A stretch of 64,000 nucleotides of DNA from Auanema rhodensis (GCA_964057225.1 OZ059897.1:16430001-16494000), one strand, 5' to 3'. Shown: positions 39,101 through 54,804, counted from the stretch's first letter. Numbers and translations: made by a program. The notes: generated from the letters alone by a model not told the origin.

Positions 39101-41892
39101 GATCTTGCTTATTGGATTTCTGCCTCGTTAAACCCTAAAGTGAGAATGATGGTGCGAGGGGTGTAAGATGCAAAAATGGCTTGATGATGAAACTGAAAGC
39201 AAAACTGGAGAGCTGTGTATAGAAGTTGGCACAAGCCATTATTGGATGGAAAAAGAAAGACAGATGAGAGAGAACAGAGAAAGTGAGACGGGAGAGATAG
39301 AGGATGAGAGAGAGAGATAGAGGGAGAAAGAAAGAGAGAGAGAGAAAGAGAGAGAGGGGGAGAGAGAGGAAAAGAAGAAGAGGGAGGGGACAATCGCTCA
39401 TCACGTCCGCTCTGAAAGAAATGAGTTTGACATCCCACGCGAACGTGAAGTTGAAATTTCAACTGCTTTCGTAGCTCACGTGAAAGTTTTATGTAAGCTT
39501 AGTTCCATCAGCGTTGTTTATCAGATACTTTTTTCAAAAATAGAATATGATGAAATCATGGATTATCTTCTCAAATTAATCAAATTAGTATTCAAGATTA
39601 TAATAAACTTCCTTGTGTCTACAACTATTCTTTGCTTTTTCCAATAATTTATGAAGCATCCAGTAGCAGCTTCGTGATGGTAGCCGCTCAAATCATCTGA
39701 CACATGCCAAGTCAGAAGAACCATTTATAGTCCAACGACTATGAAGTCTCATGTCCCTAAATTGCCCCGAAGGAATCATTTTTATATAGTTCCAATATAT
39801 GAAATAGCCTCTCTTTCGTCAATTTAATTCTTTTTTTTAACAGCAAAGCTTTTTAACTTTGTACTATTTCACTTTATCCCAGCTCTTTTTTGTCTTTTAT
39901 TCATTTTTTCGGACGAAAATTGAAAAATTACTCATTGACACAGTTGCTTGAGCATCTGATGCTTGTTCGCTGTCTTTATAGTGAAAGATTTGATTCAGCT
40001 TAAACGAAAATCTCATTTGGGCGGGCAAAAAACTGTTGACAACTCCCGTGAGCAGATTCGAACGGCATCTCTACAGCTCTTTTGGAAGCCCTTTTCTCTG
40101 CTTTTCTCTCTCTCTCCCTTTCACATACAGACATACACACACACCCTTAGTCTCCCCTCTCTTTTTTCTTCATTCCAATCATTGTGCTAATTCTCTATCT
40201 TATTCTTTTTGACGTTTTGGCATATATGTATGTACATTATGTACATGCATATGTATGTATCTACTTCTATATATATTTTACTATATGTAGATATAAACTT
40301 ATCTTATATATATATATAAATAACTGAAAAACTATATTCATAGTTCTATCTACTATTATTGTATTTTAAACTATAATATTATAACATTTCATTTTTATTA
40401 AATACTATATACATTTATTTGAGTTATATGATATACTTAACATCTAGACTTTACCATTTTATTTTGACAATTTTCTCGTTTACGAAGTATTCTTAGTATG
40501 AATGTCCTATTGAACTTACAACATTTCATTAAAATTTTATTTTAGCTTATTTGACTCTTATAGTTATTATCTTTCTTATCTTTATTCAAACGTATAGATA
40601 TAGTTATTATATTTAATATATAATAAACTATATATATATATATATAATTTAAGTTTTTTTTTTGCTTCAGCTCAGTCGTGTATGAATCTCACCTAAACTT
40701 ACTTGTTTATAGTTTCATTCTTTATTTTTACTCTCACTCATAGCTTTTTTTCTTCACATTTCCTTGTTATTTTTGTATTTGTAAAGAGAAAACATGGAAT
40801 TTTTTCACAAAGTTTCGGTGTGAATAACAAGACTATATTTTGTTGAATGTTTCTTTGACTTCTTGTAGCCAGACAAGACTTTCGTTGCCTTGGGCAACGA
40901 AGTAGCACGATGAGACTAAACGTCGAAACACCAAAAGATCTGAGGAGAAACACAACATGCATCGATTATAGCCGACATAACCTTATTTCTCTCTGAATTT
41001 TCAGATGCAGATGAATGATCATGTTGTGAAAATATTTTCATTCTTAAAAATAAGCTGAAATTTGCAAATTTTTTCATTAATTTTTTTTTTGTGAAACTTA
41101 CACTTATTCGCTGTTTTACGTTCGCATTTTGTCCCATAACCAATGCGAACTTTTCTTTTTGATGATGAAAAATAAGTTGAAGAAGGAGAAGCAGATAAAG
41201 AATAAAGAGAGAGAGAGAGCTATATTAAAAAAATATTTTCATATTTCGTTTCTTGACGAGATTTTTCATTTTCCTTTTCTCTTATCCTCTATTCCTTTTT
41301 CACATTTTCCCTTTTTCTTATATTTCTTTTCTTTAAAATTTTTTTCCATTCAGAATATTATGCTTGAATACAGTTTTTTCATGTTTACTCACTAAATATT
41401 TTTTAACTTTTTCCTACATTCTAGATTATAGATACATATCTATATTAGATAATTTGAATCAATAGACAAAAATGTTGTATGATTTGAAAAAAAAATAAAA
41501 ATTTTTGTCTGAACAAAGAAAAAAACAAAAAAAAATTTTGAAATCAAAAGAAAATAGCCTGAATTTCTCCATCTGCTCTGCTTTGCCGTTGCCATTTTCC
41601 ACTTTTGTGTCGGTGTTGCCGTCACATCGTTTTCCAACGCTGATCAAGCAAAAGCTGAAGGCAATTGTGCGATATTCAGCTTTTCAATTTAATTTCAATG
41701 TGTTTTCATAATTGTACTTGTTAAATCTTCTTTTTATATTATAAATCAAAAACTAAATATTAAGATTTGATTCTTCGCATACGTAGTATATTATTATATA
41801 TTTATATTTTATTAAATGAATTTTATCTTTAAAATTGTTAGGAAAAAATAGAATATTAATCTACAAGTTTTCTATAATATATTTATTTATTC

Positions 41893-41924
<32 letters not shown>

Positions 41925-43000
41925 ATTCTATATAAAATTAATTCTCTTCATAATGATTTCATTTTTTTTTGTTTCTCAATCTCATCATTATATCTTCTAC
42001 ACATCAGACTTTCAAAGCTATTTTTACATATTTTCTGATTTTGAAATTAACTTCCTTTCAACTGCAAGCATAAGCTTACACAAGTAACTTCGTGAACGAT
42101 CCAACATCCTACAATTTCCTTTCGAAAAATGTTTTTTATCGTCTTTTGGCTTAATACCATTCTAACTTTCTCAACATTTTTTTGTCTTTTTCGTTGTGAC
42201 CGATAAGCTCAAGTTCAACGCAACGATAACTGATTCGATTCATGCCATTGCCGACGACCTATGTATGTCATTTTCAAACATTTTTTCGGCTCAGCCTCTT
42301 CTTCACGCTTCGTCATAGCTGAAGACGGCGTCGGCATTGCTTCCTTTTGTGGTTTGACTCGTTCGCCTTCAACTGCTTTTCCGTTGGTTTGTCTTCTATT
42401 TCCCTTTTTTCTGCCTTCTTGGTTTTTTTATTTTAGTCACAAAAAACTTTGTATGTATGTATGTTAGAATATAGAATACTCTGAATTTGGCTCACATTCT
42501 CTCTTTCCCTCCTCTCTCTCTCTCTTCCATTCTCTTATTCATCACTTCTCTTTCTTACACACTCATTTTTCCCTTCAAACCTTTTGTTTCTCATTGCCTC
42601 TATTTCATTTACACTATTTTCAATTTCAGTTGTCTTCCATAAGACATTTAAAAACAGAGCAATTTAGGGTGATAGCCATTCTAAAACCATTTTCATACTC
42701 TAATTCCTATTTCTCTCCTTTGCTCGCTATGCATGTTTCCTAAACTTTTAAATCATTTTTGTCATTTCATTTGTTCTTTTTTCCTCAATTTTCTTTTCAT
42801 TTTTTTTCAAAATTTTTTTATTATACTTCTTTGTTCCTTCTAATTATTTTAAACAATTTTATCTATTCTCTCGTTATTTCCACTAAAAATATTTTTCATT
42901 TTTCTTCTTTTTTATATTTTAATTTTTCTTTCTTTTGAAACATTTTTAAAAAAATTTCTTATTTTAAGGGGTATTTAATATTTCTATTCTGTTTGTTCAT

Positions 43001-46000
43001 ATGCGGATAGCCGTTGTTCTTTTCCTCGTTTTTTGTCATCAATTGGCACAAGCCAAGCATCATCGGCATAGAGGTATATTGAAATTATTCTTTATTTTAA
43101 ATTTTAATTTATAATAATATTATATTTTTAACTATATTTTTAAAATTTTTTACTAATATTCACTACTTCTTTCTATTTCCTTTATCCAGTTGTTTTCTAA
43201 AATGTTTTTTGAAATGAAGATTTTCTGCAGAAAGTGAATTTCAAATTGTATAATCACTTGTATGATTGAATAGTTCAATTACAAGCAAACTATCACAACA
43301 ATTCATTTGAAGAAAATTCATTTTCTTGAGTGTTTTGTAGAATTAAAAAAGTACAAAATTAAATATTTCGTATACATAAATATATTTAAAATTGAATTTT
43401 TTAAAAATAATATATAATTTTATGAAAAATAATGTTTAAGCTCCTGTAATTGATTTGAATGGAGCTGATGAGCTGGTCGCTACAATTCGCGAAGGTGAAA
43501 TTATCCTGAATACTGTTCCTGATATAGCATTACTTCCTGAATCAGGTAATTTAATGAAAAATATATTCATTTTATGCTTTCTCTTCTTTTTTTCTTGTTC
43601 ATCCTCTGATGTAATTGAATCAAAAAAAGCAACCAAATGTTACATTTTTCAAATTGTAATTATAGCTCATTTGATTCTTGTTACACGTAAGGTATTTATG
43701 GGGTGTTAGAAGCAATGAATTTCATTCGGAAGTGGAAATCCATAAATGGTAGAAAGGAAATGATTATTCGGAAGCTATTTTGGCTTACTTAATGTATTGG
43801 ATCTTCCTTTTCTAACTCTTAATATGTTATATAAAAGATATATGTATATACTATAGTATAGTATACTATACGATGCATATCCTTAAACATCAATCAAGTC
43901 ATTCATCTAAAAGACATTCAACTATAATGATACTTCCAAACAGATTTTTGTTTGTTTTTGTGGGCGGTCAAATTTATGAAAAGAAGGAACAAATTTTTGT
44001 TCTGAATCGAAGGCAATTTTCAATATTTCCTGTCGACCGAGAAATTCAGATGTCATCGAGTCAAACTTCGATTCATCAAATAGATCTATGAAGCAGTCAA
44101 GTTGATGAAAAGTGCATTGAAACTATATTGTAAGCTGCAAAAACTCTTTTTCGATAACATGTTGAGGACAAAAACGTTATGATTCCATAGCAAGGGATTT
44201 GAAAAAGTAGATGTCTTTATTTTTTTTTGAAACGAAATGAAAATTTTCTTCTTTTTTTTTCCTCAGTTGAGATCATTTTCCGTTTATGTGCAAATATTTA
44301 AAGAAAATGAGTATGCTTTTGTGAAAAAGTTTCCATTTTCTTATTGAGAGATTTAGACTATTGGAATATACTAGAGTATATTATTCTGAAGTTTTAATTG
44401 GCTTTTCAAGTTTCCCTCTTAATCATCAAATTTATCCCTAATATTTTTTACTTTTTTTTCGATGATACTCCTTATTACTATTGTATTGTCTAAGAAACAT
44501 TTGCCGCCATCAACGACGACGTCGTCGTTCATGTCGTCTAGTGCCACTTTCTGCTCTTTCATCTTCGTTTTGGCTTTAACCACTGAGTCGCGACTATTGA
44601 TTGTTCTCCATAGAAGAAGCAGAAGGAAACTACAAACGACCATAAATATGGAAATATTGAGATTCTATGATGCATGTTTACAGATAATATGTAACATCCA
44701 TATTTTGAAGTAGGGGGGGGGGAGAAGGAGAATTATATATAAATTCAGATTTTATGAATCAGTATTTTTCTTAAATTCACATATAATTAGAACAATATGA
44801 TCAGTTAAAAATTAGTTAATTTTATAAGAAAAAGTTGAATTCTATATAATACGTATATCTACATGATTGAATGTAGTTCAAAGTTTTTTAACCTTGCCCT
44901 TTTATGTTTTTTTTAAAAATGCTTCCTCAGGAGAAGAATCTCTTATCCGTTCTTTGCAAAACAAAAATTTGGTCACTTTCTGAGGACATATAAAAATATT
45001 TTGATAAAATGTTTTTTCCTCTTTTCAATCCATAACACTCTTTTTACATGTGCTTTTGATTTTTTGAACTTTTATGCATCATATTGTTGTTACATAGTTG
45101 ATCATATGGTCCATTTATGAATATTCTCTATAATTTTTGATTTTAAAAGGTCAAAAACATAAATTTGATCTTGAAAAAAAAAAGTTATACGAAAACATCT
45201 ATACAATTTATGATTGATACGAATAAGCAGATGTAGTATATCGCATAACTATTTTTCAATTCGTTTTTGTTTTCTTATCAAATGCCATCTGATTTCATAC
45301 ACATTCTTTCTTTCCTTCTTGATTTTTGCTCTATTTCCATTTTAGACTATTTATATTCATTTTAATCATTTTGAATTTAAATGCCTTGATAGTTCACGAC
45401 AAAGAAGTAGATAAGAACGAAGAATCCGAAAAGGCTTTAACTAGCATCTAGAGTAATCCTTGTTCAGAGTCTCTCATGCTCAGCAAATTCTTTTGGTTAT
45501 TTCTTCGGGGTTTCTCCATGAAACATACAACTGCCCATTTACGAATAATTATATAATAGTTACGAAAGGACATAATATGAATAATCATTGAAGCAGAAAA
45601 CAAACATTTTCAATAACAAGTTGTGTAATAAAGATGGAGTATGAGAATATTAAAAAGAAGAGATAAGCGTTTTTATAATTAAGGAAATTAACCGAAAAGG
45701 TATTTAAATTATTTGTTTCAGGACCAGTATGCAAATATCTTTTGACCTCACCTGATGGACCAGTTCCATTCGAAATTGAAGTCGTCGACAAGTACTCTGG
45801 ATCTGCTGTTGTACGCCTGAAGGTAAGCAAATTGAAACTTTTGAAATTCTGCATATTCTTTAATACGAAATATGTTTTGCTTTTTTCGTTTTGAAAATAC
45901 ATTCTATGTATGTATATATTGGATATTTATCTAAATTTTTGGATATGAATGCTCTTGAAGTAGTAGCAACTAACGAGTCTGAATGAAGAAATTCTGAAAC

Positions 46001-49000
46001 AGACAGCATACAAGATTTTTTCAATAACTTTCTTATGGAAGAAATCTAAGTTATACTATTCTTTTTGTGGGCAAAGTTGCTCAAAATAAGAAAAGTGAAC
46101 AGAGGAAGGAATAAGAAAGAAAAAAAAAAAAAAAAAAGAAAATTATTATAATAATTTTGTTATTGTCTATATTAACATATAAATATATGTAAAAAAAACA
46201 TATATATATATATATATATAAATTATCTTTTATATTTATATAATATTTTTATAAAATACATAATCAATAATCTTCAATAATTTTTTATTTTACTTATAAT
46301 ATTATTTTTATATTTTAGTTTATATTTCATTAATTATAGGATGGAATGACATTAGATTGTAAAAAAAATGAGTACAATATGAGTCTCCAAGCCGTACGTT
46401 GTGAAGATGAAACAATTCGAAGTGAAAGGTATACTTTTTTTTCAAATTTTTTATTAAAATATTTATTTATAAAAAATAAAAAAATTATAGGATGATTTTT
46501 TTTCTTCATATAAAATTATTATAATATTTCAAAAAATATATTCTTTAACAAAATTCTTGAAAACATAAATCTTAATTTATTGTTAATTAAAAAGAAGTTT
46601 GATTCTCATGTGAAATAAAATAAAAAAAATTTTTATCAAATTGATTAGATGTGTGATGTTTATATGAGATATACCTCTTGTATTTGCATAGAAACATCAA
46701 AAAACTTTTTCCCCTCTTAATGTTTTGAGATGTTTATAAGATTGTGATAGAGTATGTGTGTGAAAAAAAATGAATTTAAAACGAAAGGGACCAATAAAAA
46801 ACTAAAAAAAAAAAGAAAACTAGAGGAAATCAATTTTTAAAAATTATTTCATATTTTAAATATATTTATATATTTTTAGTGTTCCTCTTCATGTTAATAT
46901 AAAAGATACAAATAATCATGTACCGGAATTTGACAGTCCATGGTATACATACAGTGTTGATGAAGGTATAACTTGTATATTTTTATTTTTATTAAATTTA
47001 TATTTTTAAAGGCAAATTGATTAATGAAATTGCTACATTGAAAGCTATTGATAATGATTGTGGAGATCCATATGGTGAAGTTTGTGAATACAAAATTACC
47101 AATGGGTTTAAAAACTTCCCATTTGCAATTAGCAACAAGGTTTGTATAAATATTATATAGTTATATAGCAGACATAACATAACATGACTTTTCTTTAGTT
47201 AAACATAAAAAAAAATTAATTATAATGAAAATCAACTTGTTTTCGTTTAAATATTTAAGAATTTCAACAAGCTGTTTGAAAATGTGTTTGTTCAGTAAAG
47301 AAAGATTAAAGAATTTTAAAATGAATAAATGATTTAGTATTGAAATTAAAGTTAGAAATTTGATCTTATTGAGCTTTTAACAGTTCATTTTATTTTAATT
47401 TGCATTATACTGCTTTATAGTTTTTTTTCCTAAAAATTCTTTCATATAATACATTAGTATTTTAAATTAATAGTACATATTCAAGAATTAAAGAATATTT
47501 TAATTTAATATATTATAATTATACAAAATTTAATAAAATTAAAAAGATTTTTGAACATTTTTTACACGGAAGAATATTTAGTTATATTCATGTTTTAAAT
47601 TTCATTTTAAAATTAATTCTTTAAAAGCATTTTATTCATTCTCTGCTACCGTAATCAATATATTGGGAAGTTTTTGACAAATAATTTCATATATAAGTAT
47701 ATTATATTTATATTTAGATATATAAGATGAATATAAATAAATTATTTTATTTTTCAGGGTGTTCTTCGTAATACTCAACCGTTGAACTATACTCAAGTTA
47801 AATCATATATCTTGACTATTGTTGCCATTGATTGTGGAATGAGACCAAGTAAAACTGTTTTGGTTACCGTAAATGTTGTTGAAGCTTGCACTGTTGGATT
47901 AAAAAATATACCAGACAGGTAAATAAATAAAAAATTTATAATTTGTAGTTTAATAGTTTATTTAATTGTTCTATATTCAGAGTACATTTTGTTGATGGTA
48001 ATGGACCAGCTCAATTGATGTCTGATGCAAAGATCGAAATTTGCCCTAAGGACACATCATGTGAAGTTGAATCTCTTGATTCGGTCATTGAACTCCATGC
48101 CGGACACGTCACTCCCGGATGTTCTCGGGATGATTTATACAGTAATGAAACAATTCAAAGGTACTGTAATATAAGAAAAATATTAAATATACATGATTAA
48201 CATCTGGTCGATTTCAGTTGCGGATTGACATCAAGTGCTGTTCAGCTCTTGGATTCACAACGTAGTAGAGTTAATGAAATTGATCAATCGTGAGTTCTTT
48301 TAGTTTTTCAATTTGAAAATAATTTCATTTTGATATGAAAACTTATTGAGAAATACTAAAAATATTTTTATAATTTCACACTTGTTTGCAGAGAAGGTTA
48401 CAAGTTTAATGGCGAAAGTACATCTATTGTTGTTCCAACTACTACAATCAACGGTATTTTGAATGTTTCGTTGATACTTTTAATCAAAAATTGAATATAG
48501 AGCTTGTTTCTGACCTATTTTCATTATCGTTCTCAATGAAGCATGATAAGGGAACAACAGAAGAACAAAATAATAAACAAAGTGTTCTATGTGAATCTGA
48601 TGATTTCAGTAAGTTTCTGTTACTTTTTAAAAAATTCTATAACAAACAGTTTTTCAAATGTTTTTCACAATTTTTTTTTCTTTTTGAACAGAAATTTGAT
48701 CAAACCGACTTCATAATACTTTAATATGTGGAATATAGTTCAAATATAATAATCTCATTGAAAATGAATGTATATTAATTTCTGAGAATGTTGGAACATC
48801 ATGGGAACATCTTTTGAAATTTGAATAAATTATATTTTTGTTTTAAAAATTTATTTTAGTTGCATGAATGTTAAACTATTTTTTTTATAAAAATGTATAT
48901 ATAACTACATAGGGTATACATGTGTGTATGTATGTTAGATTAGAATAATAACTTTAAAAATTAATGAATGAGGGAATTGATTTATAAATAATAACTATAT

Positions 49001-51233
49001 ATATATTTATATATTATTAAATACAGATGAAATAATAATTAAATAGAATTTATTATATATTTTAGATATGAATCGCCATCACTTTTCTGTCTATCTACGT
49101 CACTGCAAATTGGAAGTTTTACTTCGTCGTGAAAATGGCGCTAAGGCTGAATTCCGGGCTGCTGAATGGAGATGGGCTATTCCACAAGTACTACTTTATG
49201 AATTTACGTAAAATCTTAACTATTCATATATTTAGGTTTGTGATAATCAATGGCACGACTACTCACTCCTATTCAATGGAATTGATGATGTTACTTTAGT
49301 AATTGATGGAGAAGTTTTAAAGGTTATCATAATAATTTTTTTTTAATTAAATTGTTTTGTATTCAGGTTGACGAAAGAAATCCAGAAATCTTAGATGATT
49401 GGCCACTTCACAAAGCTACCGCACAAGTAAGTCTGATATGAATTAAAACGTCTTTTAACACCCTTGATATAGAAGACTAAGCTTGTTGTTGGAGCTTGTT
49501 GGCATGGACGTCAAAACAAGATGGTTCAACACTTCCGTGGAGAACTTCAATCCATCTATCTTCTTAACGGTGATTATATTATAAAAAATGAAATTAAACA
49601 AATAATTGAATTTTCAGGTGCTGTGGAGACTGAAGAAGCTATTTCTTGTGCTCATAAATGCCCAGAGCAATTGAGTTATGGAGTTTTGAATAATCTAGCT
49701 GATGGACAAACAGCTTCTCTATCTGCCGACCATTCAGTTATAACTTTGAAATCAGCAACTATTGACCAAATGTCTGAATTATTGAATAAGGTTAGAAAAA
49801 ATCGTAGAAAGATAGAAAAAATATTAAATATTACAGATTAAGTATGCAAATACTATGTCAAAGCCACTTCCTGGTCATCGTTCATACACAATTCGAACAT
49901 CTGTCAAGTGTAAAGGTGGTAAAACGGTCAGTGATGCCATATTTAATGATGAAAATAATGTTTTAAAACTAATTTTAGATGGATGTTCCTGTAACTAAAG
50001 GATATATCTTTGTCGAGAAGCCAATTGTACCCACACTCTCTATCTCTGGATCAGCTTTATTAACATCAGATCATCATCAAGTTAAGATGGGAACACCTAT
50101 GATTCCAGATATTAAGATAATCGTTAGCCAAACTGATACCGGTATGTATATCAAATAAATTCAAATTATTATATATTTATTTGAACTTCTTATAATTTCA
50201 GATGGAAAGATTACTGAAGTCACTGAAAAGTCAAAACTTGACTATTGCCGTGTATATTTGAAGCCTTCAAGAGATATGGATGTTGAATATTTCTCTTCTC
50301 CAGCTACTCTTATTACTAACTTGCACATTGATTTTGAGCATGATAAGGAAGTAATAATTAAATTCATATATTATAAATTTAATTATAAACTAACATAATT
50401 TTAGGGAATATTATTAAAGGGAGAAGAAAATGTTCGCGGTTATCTCGATGTTCTCTCAAAGGTTATTTTTTTATTTTTCATGAAAATCACAAAAACAAAT
50501 ATGAAGAAAACAAAAGTTATTCTTTTTATATAAATATAATATATTAGAATAATTTAAATAAACTCATCATTGCACTCATATTAAAATGATGAATGATCAT
50601 TTTTTTTTATTTTTCTGTTAATACTTTTTTTTGAAACAAATATTTATTTTTTTCATATAATAAGTAAGGTTTTAAAAAATATTTTAATATTTTAAGGTTC
50701 ATTACTTCAATACCCGTCCTGATACATATCACAAAAGAATTTATTCTGTTCAATGTGCTATGCAAAAGGGAGCCGTTCTGAGCAATGAATTCATCGTGAC
50801 CGTACGTTTAAATTTTTTTTTTCAAAATTGAATTAAAAAAGAAACGAAAGAAAGAAATTATATATGTGAATAGATATATATATATATATATATATATATT
50901 TCATATTTTGTATAGATTATAGATAATCGTTTCTTTATATTTAATATTTATATCGTTTTTTTTTTTGCATTGTAGCCTATGAAATGAATTGTTTTCAACT
51001 TTTCATTCATTTCATTCATTTTATAAAAAAATAAACTTGAAAATGGAAATATAATATGATATTTAATTTATCATAATATCCAAAATCTTTTGCTTTTATT
51101 TAACGTGCTGATATCATTCCTTTTCTAAAATTTATTTTTATAATTAAAAAAAATTTTCTCAGATATTATTAGTATAAATAGTGAATAATGATTAAGATAA
51201 GAGTTATGTACTGAGTATCCAAGATCTCTCATT

Positions 51234-51292
<59 letters not shown>

Positions 51293-54200
51293 TTTAACAC
51301 TCTTATTATTCTATTCTTCCTTTCAAATAGTATAGATACATGTAAAGGACGCATTGAGCAACTGGTACTACTCCATATCCCTTTCGGGTTAACCAGAATT
51401 CTCCCCTCATCGCTAACTCTCCTTTCTTCATTCATTTGCTTGGCTATTCAGATATCCAGAGCTTGGAAACAAGATAGAACAACCTCAGATTCTCAGGACC
51501 GAGCATTCTCTCTTCTTGCTATCGCACTCACTTTCCCAGTTATATTCTGCTTTCATCTTCTATCCATTGCTCCATGTCTCTATAGCCATTTGAAATTCTC
51601 CTGGATGCTTCAGCTTTCATCTTTTTAGTTGTGTGCCCAGCTTCAGTTTCTCAATAATTTGTATTCTGAACTCGATTCAATCACTTTTCATTCCTACAAA
51701 TTGTTGGTCAGAACCTCAGTACTCTGCTGACATTCTGTTTTTCCCTTTCTATCTCTCAGTTTCAAGCTACTATTTCTTTTTCTTCCTCTTCTCATCTATA
51801 TATGGTCAGTCAAGCGGCAGGCAAACTTGGCTGATTTTCCGGGGCCGGCTATACACTTTCGATAAGCTGTCGCTTGAAGGGAGCAGATCAGCTGACAACT
51901 AGTAGACGATAGCAAGGATCAGAGTGATGAAAGTGACGATGAAAAAGACGAAAGCATGGACAGTGAGATGAAAAGTGTGTGATGACATGTATAGAACATT
52001 CAAGCATTATACATGACTAACGTTATTTTCAGTTTTCGATCTTTATTCCCTCGCTGTGCTCTATCCCCTGTCTATCGATCTGCTTCACACACATACAAAT
52101 TACTTGATTTATTAAAAAATCCTCTAATACAATAGAACTAATACGTACTTTTCTATTTTTCTATTTTGCAGTCATATATATAGTATACATATATATGTGT
52201 GTGTCTGCATGTAAATGTTTTTTCTTCTCAAAATATCTCCTCATCAGCGTAGCCAAGTTCAACAAATTTCGTTTTCTAATAAGATTTCAATTTGTCCTTG
52301 AATTTTTGAAGTAAATCCGCTGTTTCTCATCAAGTTTCTCACTTCAATCTTACAACTTGAACCTGCTCTTATTTTTTCTTAATCTAACTTTTTTGCTCAT
52401 TCACTGAATGAGCAGCAAATAACAACTATTTTTTCGGTTTATCTGTGCTATCCTTGTGTCTCATCTGCTTTATATATTCACCTACATTCTGTTGTTTGTG
52501 GTTTTAACCATTTTCTATCTGAGTATCATCTTACTGCTATAGCATCTTCTCATTACATAGCTTATTGGGTCAATCCTTCAATTGAGTAGCAAAGCTTATC
52601 GACGTGGACAACGCGACGACACCGACGATGTCGATTGTTTCTGAAAACGACGACATCCAAAACGCCAATATAGTCGTCTAGGCGATCAAGCTTCATCTAT
52701 TCACTAAGAGGAGCGCATGTATTGCTTAGCTGTGAATTGGCTATCATCGTTTTTCTTCCCGTACTTCTGGCGTCCACTGCAACTACGGCTTGTCGATGTG
52801 TGTCTCAACTCATCGTTTTTCTCGTCTTTAACATCCGATCTTCCGTTTCTTTCCTCCTAACAAGCTTCCTTTAGCTGAGCATTGCTCAACTGTCGTTGCT
52901 TTCTTTAGCCGAATAATGAATGACCATAAATAGTTTAGAAGTATTTCTGAAGTTGTTTCATTATAACTCATCTTGTCATCGTATATGCGGCATGCTTCAT
53001 GTTCTGTTTTACCACAATTCACGGGATTCTTATATCCTAACCAAATTATTTTTCATTCATACTTTTATCTCAAAGATCATTTCCTTTTTGGTATTTTGCT
53101 TTTATATAAAAAAAATAAAAAACAAAGCGTCGGGCTCTTTTTTTTTATTCTTATCATTACATTTGAAAAGCCCATGTTCGTATTCTCATACAATTGGGAA
53201 CATTGCAATTCCAGTCATTTGCCTCTTCTTTTTTTTCAATAAACTCTTCAGTTTCTATTTTTTTGCAACAAATATATTTATTTTTAATAGTAATTCTAGG
53301 TGGAATTTGTTAAATCCTGTTTTGTCTATACATTATTATTCACCTTTTGCAACAATTCCAATTCCATATAAAAGTTATAAAACTTCAATTCATATTCTTC
53401 TTCCTCAATTTCTTTTTCTGTGAATAAGCTAACTTTCATGAGACAAAACGAAGAAAAGGCTGAAGTTACTTTTGCGAAAAATGCTAAACCTTTGTGCAAG
53501 ATGAGCATTTTCCTTTTGCGTTTTCTTTCTGGTCAACATAATTCTCAGCTTTAGTTCTCGTTAGCATATTTTTGCTTAAAAATTGACCATGTTTCACTTT
53601 TGTTATAACATTTCATTCGTTTGATCTTTTACTCCAATTTTCTTTTCTGTAGAATGATGAAAGCCTGAATAACTTTATCTTCTTCATGAATGATTTTGTC
53701 ACAATTTTTCATTGTAATTTGTGAATTACATATAAGAACATTGATACCTTCATTGAATATAATATCCGGCTTTAAATTTTCCCATCCCCACATTTAATTT
53801 TCATTTAAACATAGTTAATGTTTAAAAAAAGCCTGAAAGTTCAGTAGAGAACAGGCGATGAAAAATAGAAAACGAAGAAGCAAAATGGAAAATTAGCATC
53901 GATTTTGAAATATTCCCCTTTTCTGCATAAACAAATCAAAAAACAGCTTTGTGTTATTGAAGGGTTCATCTGTATGTGTTCATATTTTTACCATTTATTT
54001 TCTTTTTCTCTCTTTCTATCTCATTCTTTTTCTCATTTGTTTAAAGCTTTGGAAGCAAATCATTTTGACTATTTCAAACATATTGACCTTTTTTCAAAAA
54101 GCTTCATTGGCTGTCAAAAACAATTGAATCGACATCAGTACTAGTCCAAGCAAATTAGTTTGCTCCGAGAGCTCAGTTGGCTCGTTCAGAATACGGAAAT

Positions 54201-54758
54201 CGCTCAGAAAAACTGAGTAGAAATCTCATTGAGCTTTCATCCCAATTTGTTCATTTTCGCTTTATAATTCTATGAAATCACTATCGCAGTCAAAAACTTT
54301 GGGAAGCCGTCTTTGCATTTTCTCATCTTATTCTCAAATTGAACAGTTTAGTTTACTTGAAGTTGTTGAATTCTTCAGCATAAATGCTAATCATTCTCTC
54401 CACAAACTCTGATTAAGGATCTAATAGGTCCGGAGGCAATTATATGGCTTTAACTACCGTACATTAACATATTTCAGCAAATTCATGATGAGAACAGTTA
54501 AAGTAGACATAAAATTGTTCTGAAACTAAATTAATTCTTTTGAAAAAAAAACGTTTGATAGAAAACAAAAAATCAGAAGGTAAAGCTAATGTATGGATAG
54601 TTAGTGATTTTCAAAAAAAAATAAGAAACGAAGAGAGAATGCGAAACATAGCAAAGATTGAGAAGTAGTCAAACGGAGGTTGACGGAACAGAGAGATTAA
54701 GGAGATTTGTTCAAGCAAAAATCAAGATATTATTATAACTAAATAGGCAACTATACAT

Positions 54759-54804
<46 letters not shown>

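Noticed and set aside
44713-44722. G10 tract (and C10 at 62945-62954) as G-quadruplex elements
   Set aside because: Too short to form an intramolecular G4 by themselves.
54160-54240. AGCTCAGTTGG resembling a tRNA D-arm or A-box
   Set aside because: There is no properly spaced B-box (GTTCRANYC) and no cloverleaf or acceptor stem.
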